A stretch of DNA of 64,000 nt from Woeseiaceae bacterium (lineage in GTDB: Bacteria; Pseudomonadota; Gammaproteobacteria; Steroidobacterales; Woeseiaceae). The notes beneath the pieces were generated by a model. It did not search any database. It was given only the letters and a program-made list of their open reading frames with translations, and was not told where the DNA came from. The DNA lies in assembly GCA_013043165.1 (NCBI GenBank), contig JABDOQ010000069.1, positions 12,827 through 76,826 of the forward strand, read 5' to 3'. The position numbers were made by a program, and so were the translations under genes. Within the stretch, counting starts at the first letter, position 1. Each line of letters begins with the position of its first letter. Positions 55,348-64,000 of the stretch are shown here, in pieces.

Positions 55348-56466
55348 CTAATTCGCATTGCTCCCTGAGCCGACGAGATCGCGATAGACGGCAATGGTCT
55401 CGCGCGCCGTCTTCTCCACGGTGAACTCCGTCAATACGCGCTGCCTTGCGGTTGCGCTCATACGCCTGTGCATCTCGCGGTCGTTATACAGTCGAAGGAT
55501 TCGGTCCCGAATCGCCTCTGCATCGCCGGGCTCTACAACGAAGCCCGACTCACCGTCCACAACAAGCTCCGGATTGCCCCCGACGTTGGTTACTATCGGC
55601 ACGACGCCTGCAATCATCGCTTCGAGCATCGCCCGCGGTAACCCCTCTCGCTCCAGGGATGGCAGTACGGACACGTCGATATTCTTCAGTATCCAGGGCA
55701 AGCGGCGCAGCCAGCCAAACAGATGAGTGTTTTCAGCGTACGGGCTCCTGGCGACCAGCTTCTGATGCAGCTTGCTGTCCATTTTCGGTCCTGCCATCAG
55801 GACGTGGATGTTCAGCCCTGCCGGCAATCCACTGATCGCCTCGATAAATACCGGCACGCCCTTTCGCGGCACCGCTCTGACCGTGCAAGCCACCACAAAG
55901 GTATCGTCCGGGATACCGAACTGCCCGAGGTCTTCGGCTTCACCGTCATAGAGTTCCGGTCGATGGCCCTTGTGAATTGTGACCGGTACGTCGCGTCGCA
56001 AGCGAAGCCCGGGCATGCCGAGTCCCAGCAGGTACTGCCGAATCGCTTCGCAGACACAAATAATACGGTCCAGTCGCGGATTCAAAAGATACAGCCAGGA
56101 TTGCGGACTCCAGTAAGCGAGGTTGCCGATGATGCCGCGGTATGCCACCAGTTTGATATCGATGCCGATCGACGCCATCAGGCCGTTCATCGTTGCGCGC
56201 TTGTCGAGCATGTGCAGCACGTCGTATTGCTTGCGTTTCAGCTCCGCGCGGATAAATCGGATGCAGGGCGGACTCAACTTCCACTTGAGAACATAGGGGA
56301 TCGTCGAAACCCCCGCCGCTACCAGCGCCTCATAGCTGGCGGTCCCCGGCCAAGTCATGACCGTGATATCGATTCCCATGCGATGCATCTCGATAAACGA
56401 CTCCGTTTCAGCACGGTCGCTGTCACCGCAAACACAAAATACGCGAATGGGCCTGTTCATCGTCAA
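55348..56466 (-). CDS. Glycosyltransferase family 4 (GT1 superfamily)
   Basis: E-X7-E region SLEREGLPRAMLEAMIAGVVPIVTNVGGNPELVVDGESGFVV. Confidence 0.82.
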   Translation of the reverse strand: MTMNRPIRVFCVCGDSDRAETESFIEMHRMGIDITVMTWPGTASYEALVAAGVSTIPYVLKWKLSPPCIRFIRAELKRKQYDVLHMLDKRATMNGLMASIGIDIKLVAYRGIIGNLAYWSPQSWLYLLNPRLDRIICVCEAIRQYLLGLGMPGLRLRRDVPVTIHKGHRPELYDGEAEDLGQFGIPDDTFVVACTVRAVPRKGVPVFIEAISGLPAGLNIHVLMAGPKMDSKLHQKLVARSPYAENTHLFGWLRRLPWILKNIDVSVLPSLEREGLPRAMLEAMIAGVVPIVTNVGGNPELVVDGESGFVVEPGDAEAIRDRILRLYNDREMHRRMSATARQRVLTEFTVEKTARETIAVYRDLVGSGSNAN

Positions 56467-56751
56467 ACTCCATCGACGAAGTGCAGCTCAGCCTTGGGCA
56501 AAGGTCGTTTCTTCGTGTCGAATACGACGACTGTCGACGCTTTCGTGATCAATAGCCCGAACTTTATAAGCAGCTTGTTGAGTAGTTTGCTCACTGGAAT
56601 CCCGACATATCAGAGTTGACAGGCTGACCGGCGCCGGAGCGCGCCTGCCGAGATCATGCCCGAAACCGGTGCAAAAATCAGTCGAATTGGCGAACTGCGG
56701 CCTGTACCATCCTGCAGTGACTATTCGGTGCCCAATAGCAGGGAGTTGAAG

Positions 56752-57450
56752 GTGCGAATACTGTTGACGGGCGGATCGGGCCTGCTGGGAACTGAGCTGC
56801 AGCGGCTGTCCTCCGGCATGCTGGCACCCGGAAGCCGCGAGTTCGACATTCGCGACGCAGCAGGCGTCGAGTCGTTTGTCGCCGACAGCGCACCGGACCT
56901 TATCCTGCATGCGGCAGCGGTTACGAATAACCGGGATATCGAGGCCGATCCGGCCGCAGCGCTCGACGTCAATATCAAAGGCACAGTCAATATCGCGAAA
57001 GCCTGCCTGGGCACTTCGATCCGGCTGGTTTATGTTTCGACCGACTATGTCTACAAGGGTGATCGCGGCAATTATTCGGAGACAGACGAAATACTGCCGT
57101 CAAATCTCTATGCCTGGACCAAGCTGGCCGGCGAAGCGGCGGTCAGGGCCGTATCCGACCACCTGATCATTCGCACCAGCTTCGGTGCAACGCGCTTCGA
57201 CTATCCCGGCGCCTTTTCAGATAAATGGTCGTCAAAAGACTATGTGGATCGAATTGCCCCAAAAATTCTCAAGGCAGCAACAGCGCCCGTCAACGGCGTG
57301 CTGAATATTGGCGGCCCGCGCCGTACAATTTACGACTACGCGGCAGAACGGAACCCGGATGTGAAGAGCATCGCCCTGGGCGGCTCGTCGCCCGACTCTC
57401 CCGCCGACACGTCTTTGAATCTCGACAGGTGGGAATCGCTGGATGACTAG
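56752..57450 (+). CDS. Short RmlD-like SDR (dTDP-4-dehydrorhamnose reductase family)
   Basis: GTG start with GGGAG upstream. ILLTGGSGLLG, HAAAVTN, VSTDYVYKG and YAWTK (YxxxK) are present. Only about 232 aa, against about 290-300 for canonical RmlD. Confidence 0.65.
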   Translation: MRILLTGGSGLLGTELQRLSSGMLAPGSREFDIRDAAGVESFVADSAPDLILHAAAVTNNRDIEADPAAALDVNIKGTVNIAKACLGTSIRLVYVSTDYVYKGDRGNYSETDEILPSNLYAWTKLAGEAAVRAVSDHLIIRTSFGATRFDYPGAFSDKWSSKDYVDRIAPKILKAATAPVNGVLNIGGPRRTIYDYAAERNPDVKSIALGGSSPDSPADTSLNLDRWESLDD

Positions 57451-57560
57451 TGGCGGAGTCGTCCGTGAAGCCAGCAACTGCCTTTGCGGTAGTGACAACC
57501 CGGTGAAATACCTGGCCCTCGGTATGATGTCCCAAAGCCCATCTGAAACGGAGACAGGCC

Positions 57561-58190
57561 GTGAGTGATCCGACTGAGTATTTTTCTCATCCGCGCCCCG
57601 AACTGGTCGCGGTACTTCCCGAGGACCCGGATAATCGCGTGCTCGACCTCGGCTGTGGCAGTGGCGCCATGTCCGCCCTGATTCGGTCTCAAGGTAAGGC
57701 CGCCGAGATCTGGGGTGTCGAGAAGTTCCCCGAGGCCGCCGCCCAGGCACGCGCGTCCGGCGCAATGGACGAGGTGCTGGAGGGAGATCTGGAGGGACTC
57801 CTGGAGGAACTGCCTCGGAATCACTTCACGCACATAATCGCCGGGGACATCCTGGAACACCTGGTCGATCCGTGGAGCGTGTGCACCAAACTGAGGGCCT
57901 GCCTGGTGCCGGGCGGAACATTCATCTGCAGCATCCCGAACATTCGCAACCTGTCCTTTATTCTCGCGCTGGCGTTCAAGGGCCGCTTCGAGTACCGCGA
58001 TTCGGGGGTCATGGACAGGACACACCTGCGTTTTTTTGCGCGCGCTGACGTGCATGACCTCTTCACCCAGGCCGGCTTTTCGGACATAGAAATCGGACCC
58101 GTGCGTCCCAAGGAAAAGCTGTCATGGCGCATCGGCCGCGCGCTTTTTGGCGACCTCGTTATAAAGGTGTTTTTGGTTACCGCACGCTGA
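57561..58190 (+). CDS. Class I SAM-dependent methyltransferase
   Basis: Motif I VLDLGCGSGAMS, then IIAGDILEHL and GGTFICSIPN. Confidence 0.8.
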   Translation: MSDPTEYFSHPRPELVAVLPEDPDNRVLDLGCGSGAMSALIRSQGKAAEIWGVEKFPEAAAQARASGAMDEVLEGDLEGLLEELPRNHFTHIIAGDILEHLVDPWSVCTKLRACLVPGGTFICSIPNIRNLSFILALAFKGRFEYRDSGVMDRTHLRFFARADVHDLFTQAGFSDIEIGPVRPKEKLSWRIGRALFGDLVIKVFLVTAR

Positions 58191-58438
58191 ATATTAGGGA
58201 ATGTGTTGCATCTGGCCGCGGATTTTGGGCAGGCAAGCAGCGGGTATATGCACACCGCGATCCAGAGACGAGTCGATCGAGCGTCGCAAGTTCGACACGA
58301 TCTATTTTGAACATCTGAGAGCTACGTGCTGCTGCAGCTCACAAGGCGCCTTGCGGAAAGCCTTGATACGCAGTTATTCGGCGTGCAAACATGGGATATT
58401 CACGGCGACATTTGCCGCATCGGCGAAAGGCAATACGA

Positions 58439-59332
58439 GTGAGTAACGCGACGACGAAAGGCATCATTCTCGCGGGCGGCACCGGCTCGAGACTTCATCC
58501 ACTGACCTTGTCTGTCAGCAAGCAGCTCATGCCGATCTATGACAAGCCGATGATCTACTACCCGCTGTCGACATTGATGATGGCCGGTATACGGGACGTG
58601 CTCGTTATTACGACGCCGGATGATCAAAGCGCATTTGCGAAACTCCTCGGCGATGGCAGTCAGTGGGGCATCTCGATAAAGTATGCCGTGCAGCCGGAAC
58701 CCGGCGGGCTTGCGCAGGCCTTTATTATTGGCGCGAAGTTTATCGGGGACGACTCGGTCGCACTGGTCCTTGGTGACAATATTTTTTACGGACACGGCTT
58801 GGGGCAACAATTGCGGCGAGTGGCTGATGCGTCGGGCGGTGCAACCGTGTTCGCCTATCACGTCAAGGATCCCGAGCGCTATGGTGTCGTGCACTTCGAC
58901 AAGAATGGAAAAGTCCTGGGCGTCGAAGAAAAACCGGCAGAACCAAAGTCGAATTACGCGGTGACCGGGCTGTATTTCTATGACTCCCGTGTCGTCGAAA
59001 TCGCGAACAACCTGAAGCCCTCGGCACGAGGCGAACTGGAAATCACCGACATCAATCGTTGGTATCTCGCCGACGGCTCCCTGCACGTTGAATTGATGGG
59101 TCGGGGTGCGGCGTGGCTGGACACCGGTACCCATGAATCGCTCCTTGAAGCGGCCCAGTTTGTGCAGATCATTGAGCAGCGTCAGGGCTTGAAAATCTGC
59201 TGTCCCGAGGAGATTGCTTTCAACAGCGGCTTCATCGATGCGGATCAACTGAAACTGCTGGCGAGCCGCCTCGGCAAAAACGGCTACGGCGAGTATTTGA
59301 TCGAAGTATTGACGGACCTGACGTTGCAATGA
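58439..59332 (+). CDS. rmlA: Glucose-1-phosphate thymidylyltransferase
   Basis: [34 protein letters not shown]. Start moved to GTG 58439, which has GAAAGG 8 nt upstream and gives 297 aa. Confidence 0.93.
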   Translation: MSNATTKGIILAGGTGSRLHPLTLSVSKQLMPIYDKPMIYYPLSTLMMAGIRDVLVITTPDDQSAFAKLLGDGSQWGISIKYAVQPEPGGLAQAFIIGAKFIGDDSVALVLGDNIFYGHGLGQQLRRVADASGGATVFAYHVKDPERYGVVHFDKNGKVLGVEEKPAEPKSNYAVTGLYFYDSRVVEIANNLKPSARGELEITDINRWYLADGSLHVELMGRGAAWLDTGTHESLLEAAQFVQIIEQRQGLKICCPEEIAFNSGFIDADQLKLLASRLGKNGYGEYLIEVLTDLTLQ

Positions 59333-59877
59333 AGTTCACGCCAACCCGGATACCGGACATCGTTATCGTCGATCACGATGTGTTCGAAGATGATCGCGGT
59401 TTCTTTATGGAAACCTGGCAGCAACGGGCATTCGAGGCAGCCGGCATCGATGCCCGGTTTGTGCAAGAAAACTATTCGATGTCGTCAAAAGGAGTACTTC
59501 GTGGCCTGCATTACCAGCTGCAACAGCCGCAGGGAAAATTGATTCGCGTGGTCGTTGGTGAAGTTTTCGATGTCGCCGTGGACGTGACGCGGTCGTCCCC
59601 TACCTTCGGCCAATGGGTCGGTGTAACCTTGTCCGCGGCAAACAAGCGGTCCCTCTGGGTTCCTCCCGGGTTTGCGCACGGATTTTTCGTCACAGGCGAA
59701 TCGGCGGAGATGATCTATCGATGTACGGACTATTACGCTCCGCAGCATGAACGCACACTGCAATGGGATGACAGGGACGTGGCCATCGACTGGCCGTTAA
59801 CCGATCTCGAGCCGCCGGTGCTATCCGCCAAGGATGCCGCCGGTGCGTCGCTAAAGGAAGCCGATTTTTATGCGTAG
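59329..59877 (+). CDS. rmlC: dTDP-4-dehydrorhamnose 3,5-epimerase
   Basis: [32 protein letters not shown]. Overlaps rmlA by 4 nt. Confidence 0.93.
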   Translation: MKFTPTRIPDIVIVDHDVFEDDRGFFMETWQQRAFEAAGIDARFVQENYSMSSKGVLRGLHYQLQQPQGKLIRVVVGEVFDVAVDVTRSSPTFGQWVGVTLSAANKRSLWVPPGFAHGFFVTGESAEMIYRCTDYYAPQHERTLQWDDRDVAIDWPLTDLEPPVLSAKDAAGASLKEADFYA

Positions 59878-60967
59878 CGTGATGGTGACTGGAGGCGCCG
59901 GCTTTATCGGCGCGAACTTTGTTCACTACTGGATTGATCGTTACCCGGACGACCGGCTCATTGTCCTGGATGCCCTTACTTACGCCGGCAACCAGGCAAA
60001 CCTCGAGCCTGTGCAGAAGCAGGCGAATTTTCGATTTGTGCACGGAAACATTCTCGATCGGGCGCTGATCAGTACGCTGATGCGCGAGGAAGGGATCGAC
60101 ACAATCGTTCATTTCGCCGCCGAATCTCACGTCGATCGATCCATTCACGAACCGGACGCCTTTATCCAGACGAATGTCATCGGCACACACAACCTTCTCA
60201 TGGCGGCGCGCGAACTGTGGCTGGATAGCGACAAGGCGCCCGCTGCGCATCGCTTCCACCACGTTTCGACGGACGAAGTTTACGGGTCGTTGCGGGCCGA
60301 TGACGCCGCGTTCACCGAAGCAACTCCGTATGCACCGAATTCGCCCTATGCCGCGAGCAAGGCGTCTTCCGATCACCTCGTTCGCTCTTATCACCACACC
60401 TTCGGACTTGAGGTTACGACCAGTAATTGCTCCAACAACTACGGGCCGTACCAGTTCCCCGAAAAGCTGATTCCGCTCATGATCGTGAATGCTCTGACAG
60501 GCCAGCCATTGCCGATCTATGGCGACGGCAAGAATATTCGGGACTGGCTGTACGTAACGGATCATTGTCGCGGCATCGACCTGGTCATCAGCAAAGGCCG
60601 GCTCGGCGCTACTTACAATATTGGCGGCAACAACGAGTGGCAAAACATCGATATCGTCAAACAGGTATGTGCCAGTCTTGACAGTATTTTTGCCGGGAAC
60701 GAAGAGCTCTCCACCCGGTTTCCGGACGCGCCGGCGGCCAAAGGCCGAAAGTCAGAGTCGCTGATTACTTTTGTCAAGGACCGGCTGGGACATGATTGGC
60801 GCTATGCGATCGATGCGACATTGGCGACCAGCGAGCTCGGCTATGCCCCGCGGCAAAGTTTTGAAACAGGTATCGAGCTAACGTTGAACTGGATGCTGGA
60901 AAACGAGAACTGGTGGCGCGCCGTTATGGACGGCAGCTATCGTGACTGGATCAGCAAAAACTACTAA
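59870..60967 (+). CDS. rmlB: dTDP-glucose 4,6-dehydratase
   Basis: VTGGAGFIGANF, HFAAESHVDRS, YAASKASSDHL, DGKNIRDWLYV. Confidence 0.93.
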   Translation: MRSVMVTGGAGFIGANFVHYWIDRYPDDRLIVLDALTYAGNQANLEPVQKQANFRFVHGNILDRALISTLMREEGIDTIVHFAAESHVDRSIHEPDAFIQTNVIGTHNLLMAARELWLDSDKAPAAHRFHHVSTDEVYGSLRADDAAFTEATPYAPNSPYAASKASSDHLVRSYHHTFGLEVTTSNCSNNYGPYQFPEKLIPLMIVNALTGQPLPIYGDGKNIRDWLYVTDHCRGIDLVISKGRLGATYNIGGNNEWQNIDIVKQVCASLDSIFAGNEELSTRFPDAPAAKGRKSESLITFVKDRLGHDWRYAIDATLATSELGYAPRQSFETGIELTLNWMLENENWWRAVMDGSYRDWISKNY

Positions 60968-61935
60968 GACAACGCCTGATTCGCGATCGCTCTCGGGCTC
61001 AGCCACGAGCCGTTTCGAAAAACGCCGGAATAGTACTTTAATAATCCAGTAAACATCCTGCTGCGTACGCGCAGTGCCGGGACCTGGCGCAGTGTGAACA
61101 AATCCAGGGTCGACGCGACGATCAGCGCCGGTAGCCGAAGCACAATGATCAGCATGTGCGTCAGATAACGCTCCGGACCGGTCGTGTGTCGACTGGTATA
61201 AACGTGTTTCGAGATGATGACCTCGAGTTTGGTCATCGACTTCACTGCGACATTGAGTCGGCTGGATCCCCCATGCGCGTGAATGACCTCGACTTCGGGC
61301 ACATATGCGACGCTTAGCCCTATGTCGTGTGCCTTGCGGCACAGGTCCGCGTCTTCAGCGTACATCCAGTAATCTTCGGTCCAGCCGCCAATAGCATCGA
61401 AGTCGGCACGATCGATCAACAAGACCGAGCCGGTCACCCAGTCGCAGTAGGTCAATGTCTCGTGTCCCGCGCGTGGATCCGGAAACCTGGACGGCATCAG
61501 GACGCGCAATAGTGCTTTCAGCGTTTTGCTTTGATTCAACAGGCTCGGAAAGTCATCGAACACTTTTTGGGGCTTGCCGTCACCCGATAGCTGCCGCGGA
61601 GCGACGACCCCGATATTGTGCCGTTTCTTGACATCGATCAGCGCCTCGATGCGCTCGCACGTAGCAATGACGTCCGGATTCATGAAAAGCAGCTGTTCGC
61701 CCGTGGCCGCCGCGACACCGATGTTGCAGCCGGCCCCAAAACCACTGTTGAGCGGGTTGGCTATGAATGTCACCCATGAAAATCGAGCCGAGAATTCGGC
61801 GAATGGCTCGGGGTCCGATTCGTTGTCGACCACAATAACTTCCCAGCCTTCAGGAAAGCCCGGTTGCAGTGCGACGAGCGCCGATTCGAGGTGACTCCAG
61901 GAACGGTAGTTGACCGTAACAATGGATAGTGTCAT
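60964..61935 (-). CDS. Glycosyltransferase family 2 (rhamnosyltransferase-like)
   Basis: MTLSIVTVNYRSW...VIVVDNESDP, NSGFGAGCN, MYAEDADL. Start set to ATG 61935. Confidence 0.8.
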   Translation of the reverse strand: MTLSIVTVNYRSWSHLESALVALQPGFPEGWEVIVVDNESDPEPFAEFSARFSWVTFIANPLNSGFGAGCNIGVAAATGEQLLFMNPDVIATCERIEALIDVKKRHNIGVVAPRQLSGDGKPQKVFDDFPSLLNQSKTLKALLRVLMPSRFPDPRAGHETLTYCDWVTGSVLLIDRADFDAIGGWTEDYWMYAEDADLCRKAHDIGLSVAYVPEVEVIHAHGGSSRLNVAVKSMTKLEVIISKHVYTSRHTTGPERYLTHMLIIVLRLPALIVASTLDLFTLRQVPALRVRSRMFTGLLKYYSGVFRNGSWLSPRAIANQALS

Positions 61936-62068
61936 GCCCCCATAACACCTGACAGCCGTGTCGCTAGCGAGGGCAAAGCTGATCCAGAAGATTGCTGCCG
62001 ATAATGCCGGCTCCGCCGGTGACAATATGCATACTATTGTTTTCTCGACCGATCCAGGTTGCCAGCGA

Positions 62069-62293
62069 CTATTCGTCGCCGTCCATCATATGATATTGCG
62101 CCCCGCAATACGGGCACTTGGCCTCACCCGTCGCCTCGATTGGCAAAAAGACCTTCGGATGCGAGTTCCAAAGATACATGCCCGGCATGGGACAGCTGAG
62201 CGGCAGGTCCCTGGGACGAACCCCGTAGTTGTGTTGTGCGTTCGCCGGAATCAGGTTCTGGTCGACGCTACCTGCTTTGGCTGCCACGGCCAC
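62069..62293 (-). CDS. Zinc-finger (CHCC-type, NDUFS6-like) domain protein
   Basis: C-terminal KCPYCGAQYHMMDG preceded by LSCPMPG. 74 aa. Confidence 0.65.
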   Translation of the reverse strand: MAVAAKAGSVDQNLIPANAQHNYGVRPRDLPLSCPMPGMYLWNSHPKVFLPIEATGEAKCPYCGAQYHMMDGDE

Positions 62294-62353
62294 CCTCGTC
62301 TCTTTGAAGGAAAGAAAGCGAATTATAGGCGCTGTGTCGCGCCACGGCCATGC

Positions 62354-64000
62354 TCAGTCCAGCCAATGGCTCCAGACACTCGCAACGAATTCGCGCTCTT
62401 TGCGAAATTCTTCGGCACCGGCCAGCGGCGGCTGATCGTCAAGTACCAGGTGATGCTGTCGCAGGCGGTAGCTGCGGTAGCAATCCTGAAGCCGGTCGCC
62501 GTCGCCCGGTGCAAGACAACCTGCTGCCACGAGCGCATCGATTTGACGAATATTGTCAGAATAGACAATGACATCCGGGTGCGCTTTCGCCTGGCTCAAC
62601 ACGAGATACTGAACCAGGAACTCGATGTCGCCAATGCCGCCCGCACCGTTTTTGAGGTCGAATTGCCGGGCATTACTGCGGTCAAGTTCCTTGCGCATGC
62701 GCTGCCGCATGGAAATGACGTCGTCGCGCAGCGCATCGCGTTTCACGCGTTCAATCAGAGTCTCCCTGCGAATTCGCTCGAACTCCTCCGCCACAACCTC
62801 GCTACCCGCGACCGCCCTGGCGCGCAGCAGCGCCTGATGCTCCCATGTCCAGGCATTGTCTACCTGGTAGCGCTCAAATGCGCCTGTACTGGTTACCAGC
62901 AATCCCTTTTGGCCGTCGGGCCGCAAACGCGTGTCTATTTCGTAAAGCTGTCCCGAGCCCGTTTGCGTTGTCAGAAATAGCACGAGACGCTTGATCAGCC
63001 GGGCAAAGAACATCGTGTTATCCAGCGGCTTGTCGCCATCGGTCATCCGGGACTCACCATGGGAGTCGTGCAGGAACACGATGTCGAGGTCGGAACCATA
63101 CGATAGTTCGAGGCCGCCGAGCTTGCCGTAGCCAATAATGCCCAGTCCCGCTTTGTGCGTAACGCCATCGACCAGGAAACAGGGTTCGCCATGGCGCGCA
63201 GTAAGGTCCCGCCACGCAACGCTCAGCGCTTCATCGAGCACTGTTTCTGCCAGCCAGGTGAGGCCATCGCTGACTTTCATGATCGGCAGGCTGCCATGAA
63301 AATCGGCGACCGCGATTCGAAACATCATCGCACGCTGATACTGAACAATCGCATGCATCTGCGCTTCACTGTCAGCTGCCGCCAGTCCGGCAAGGCGCTG
63401 TCCGAGATCGGCCGACAGCTCTGCTTTCGTGACAACGGCCGAATGAATGCGCGGGTCCAGCAGCTCATCGAGCAGCACGGGAGAACGCGCTATCTGGTCG
63501 GCGATGTACTGACTACGCGAGCAAAGATCCACGAGCCGCGTCATCGCTGAACGGTTCTCATTGAGCAGGGCGAGGTAGGCGCTACGTCGCAAAATACGCT
63601 CAACGACGCTCAGGGTGCGCGTCAGGGCGGACAGCGGTGCATCAGTTTCTATCGAATCCACAATCAGCTCGGGCATGAATCGTTGCAGCCGATTTGCAGC
63701 AATGGCATCGATTTGCTTTGTCGACGCGGCGTTGGCGAAAGACACGAGCGTGGCCGCAATGTCCGCTACGTCCTCTGCATTCGCCGCGCGCAACAATTCG
63801 CACCATCGCTCTTCGCTGGCGTTGGCCTCCCATGCTCGCTCCAGCTGCTCGCGCAACGGCGCCGCCGCGTCACTTTGGTCGCGAAACGCGACCCTCTCGA
63901 ATTCCTGCGAAATAACCTCGCGGTGCCGCGCGAGATCCGCGCGCAGAGCGTGCCAGTCGACATAGCCCATTGCCAGGCACAGCCGTGCCCGGTCGGTCGC
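62354..64000 (-). CDS. glnE: Glutamine synthetase adenylyltransferase/adenylyl-removing enzyme, C-terminal part; 5' end lies beyond the window
   Basis: Nucleotidyltransferase motif YGKLGGLELSYGSDLDIVFLHD, plus LYEIDTRLRPDGQKGLLV and GGIGDIEFLVQYLVL. The reading frame stays open to nt 64000. Confidence 0.88.
   Translation of the reverse strand, partial: ATDRARLCLAMGYVDWHALRADLARHREVISQEFERVAFRDQSDAAAPLREQLERAWEANASEERWCELLRAANAEDVADIAATLVSFANAASTKQIDAIAANRLQRFMPELIVDSIETDAPLSALTRTLSVVERILRRSAYLALLNENRSAMTRLVDLCSRSQYIADQIARSPVLLDELLDPRIHSAVVTKAELSADLGQRLAGLAAADSEAQMHAIVQYQRAMMFRIAVADFHGSLPIMKVSDGLTWLAETVLDEALSVAWRDLTARHGEPCFLVDGVTHKAGLGIIGYGKLGGLELSYGSDLDIVFLHDSHGESRMTDGDKPLDNTMFFARLIKRLVLFLTTQTGSGQLYEIDTRLRPDGQKGLLVTSTGAFERYQVDNAWTWEHQALLRARAVAGSEVVAEEFERIRRETLIERVKRDALRDDVISMRQRMRKELDRSNARQFDLKNGAGGIGDIEFLVQYLVLSQAKAHPDVIVYSDNIRQIDALVAAGCLAPGDGDRLQDCYRSYRLRQHHLVLDDQPPLAGAEEFRKEREFVASVWSHWLD

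Noticed and set aside
59690-60643. 317-aa minus-strand ORF across rmlC/rmlB
   Set aside because: It is antisense to two genes with textbook Rml motifs and has no motifs of its own. Shadow ORF.
61958-62980. 340-aa plus-strand ORF spanning three minus-strand genes (GT2 5' end, zinc-finger protein, glnE 3' end)
   Set aside because: It crosses two intergenic regions and is antisense to genes with clear motifs. Featureless, R-rich product.

Overview
GC-rich (about 60%) gammaproteobacterial chromosome, almost entirely core genome. I saw no IS elements, prophage genes, CRISPR array, tRNA or rRNA genes, and no recognisable defence system. Gene order closely follows the Pseudomonas aeruginosa PA0392-PA0413 neighbourhood: yggT-proC-yggS / pilT-pilU / pyrB / ruvX-yqgE-tonB-gshB / pilG-pilH-pilI-pilJ-chpA-chpC. 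The flanking modules are:
- tyrA, a GGDEF protein and a solute-binding protein in a tight operon.
- A glutathione and amide metabolism group (frmA, a GGT-like gene, a PD40/amidohydrolase-like gene, an amidase).
- A cobalamin module (B12 riboswitch-btuB-adenosyltransferase, with btuF fused to the ampD-ampE operon).
- A sigma-32 driven htpG-msrB-FKBP operon.
- Cell-wall genes (L,D-transpeptidase, MltD-like).
- An LPS core and dTDP-rhamnose cluster (lpxL, kdkA, GT9, GT4, RmlD-like, methyltransferase, rmlA-rmlC-rmlB, GT2).
- The 3' part of glnE.

The most interesting unannotated signal is a 558-bp AT-rich gap (8122-8679). It holds a near-perfect sigma-54 promoter, a cluster of AANAANAA motifs and an intrinsic terminator, which I read as a candidate ~200-nt CrcZ-like Hfq-titrating sRNA.

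Other points:
- Two copies of a structured intergenic element bracket a pyrB operon that is inverted relative to Pseudomonas and pairs PyrB with a PyrK-like flavoprotein instead of PyrC'.
- There is a tandem PilU duplication.
- The Pil-Chp cluster lacks pilK and chpB.
- ChpA carries a slippage-prone PE-repeat linker.
- A sigma-32 promoter argues for a shorter htpG start.
- Several uncharacterised small or membrane proteins are present.

All calls rest on reading the sequence and recognising motifs. No database search was run.
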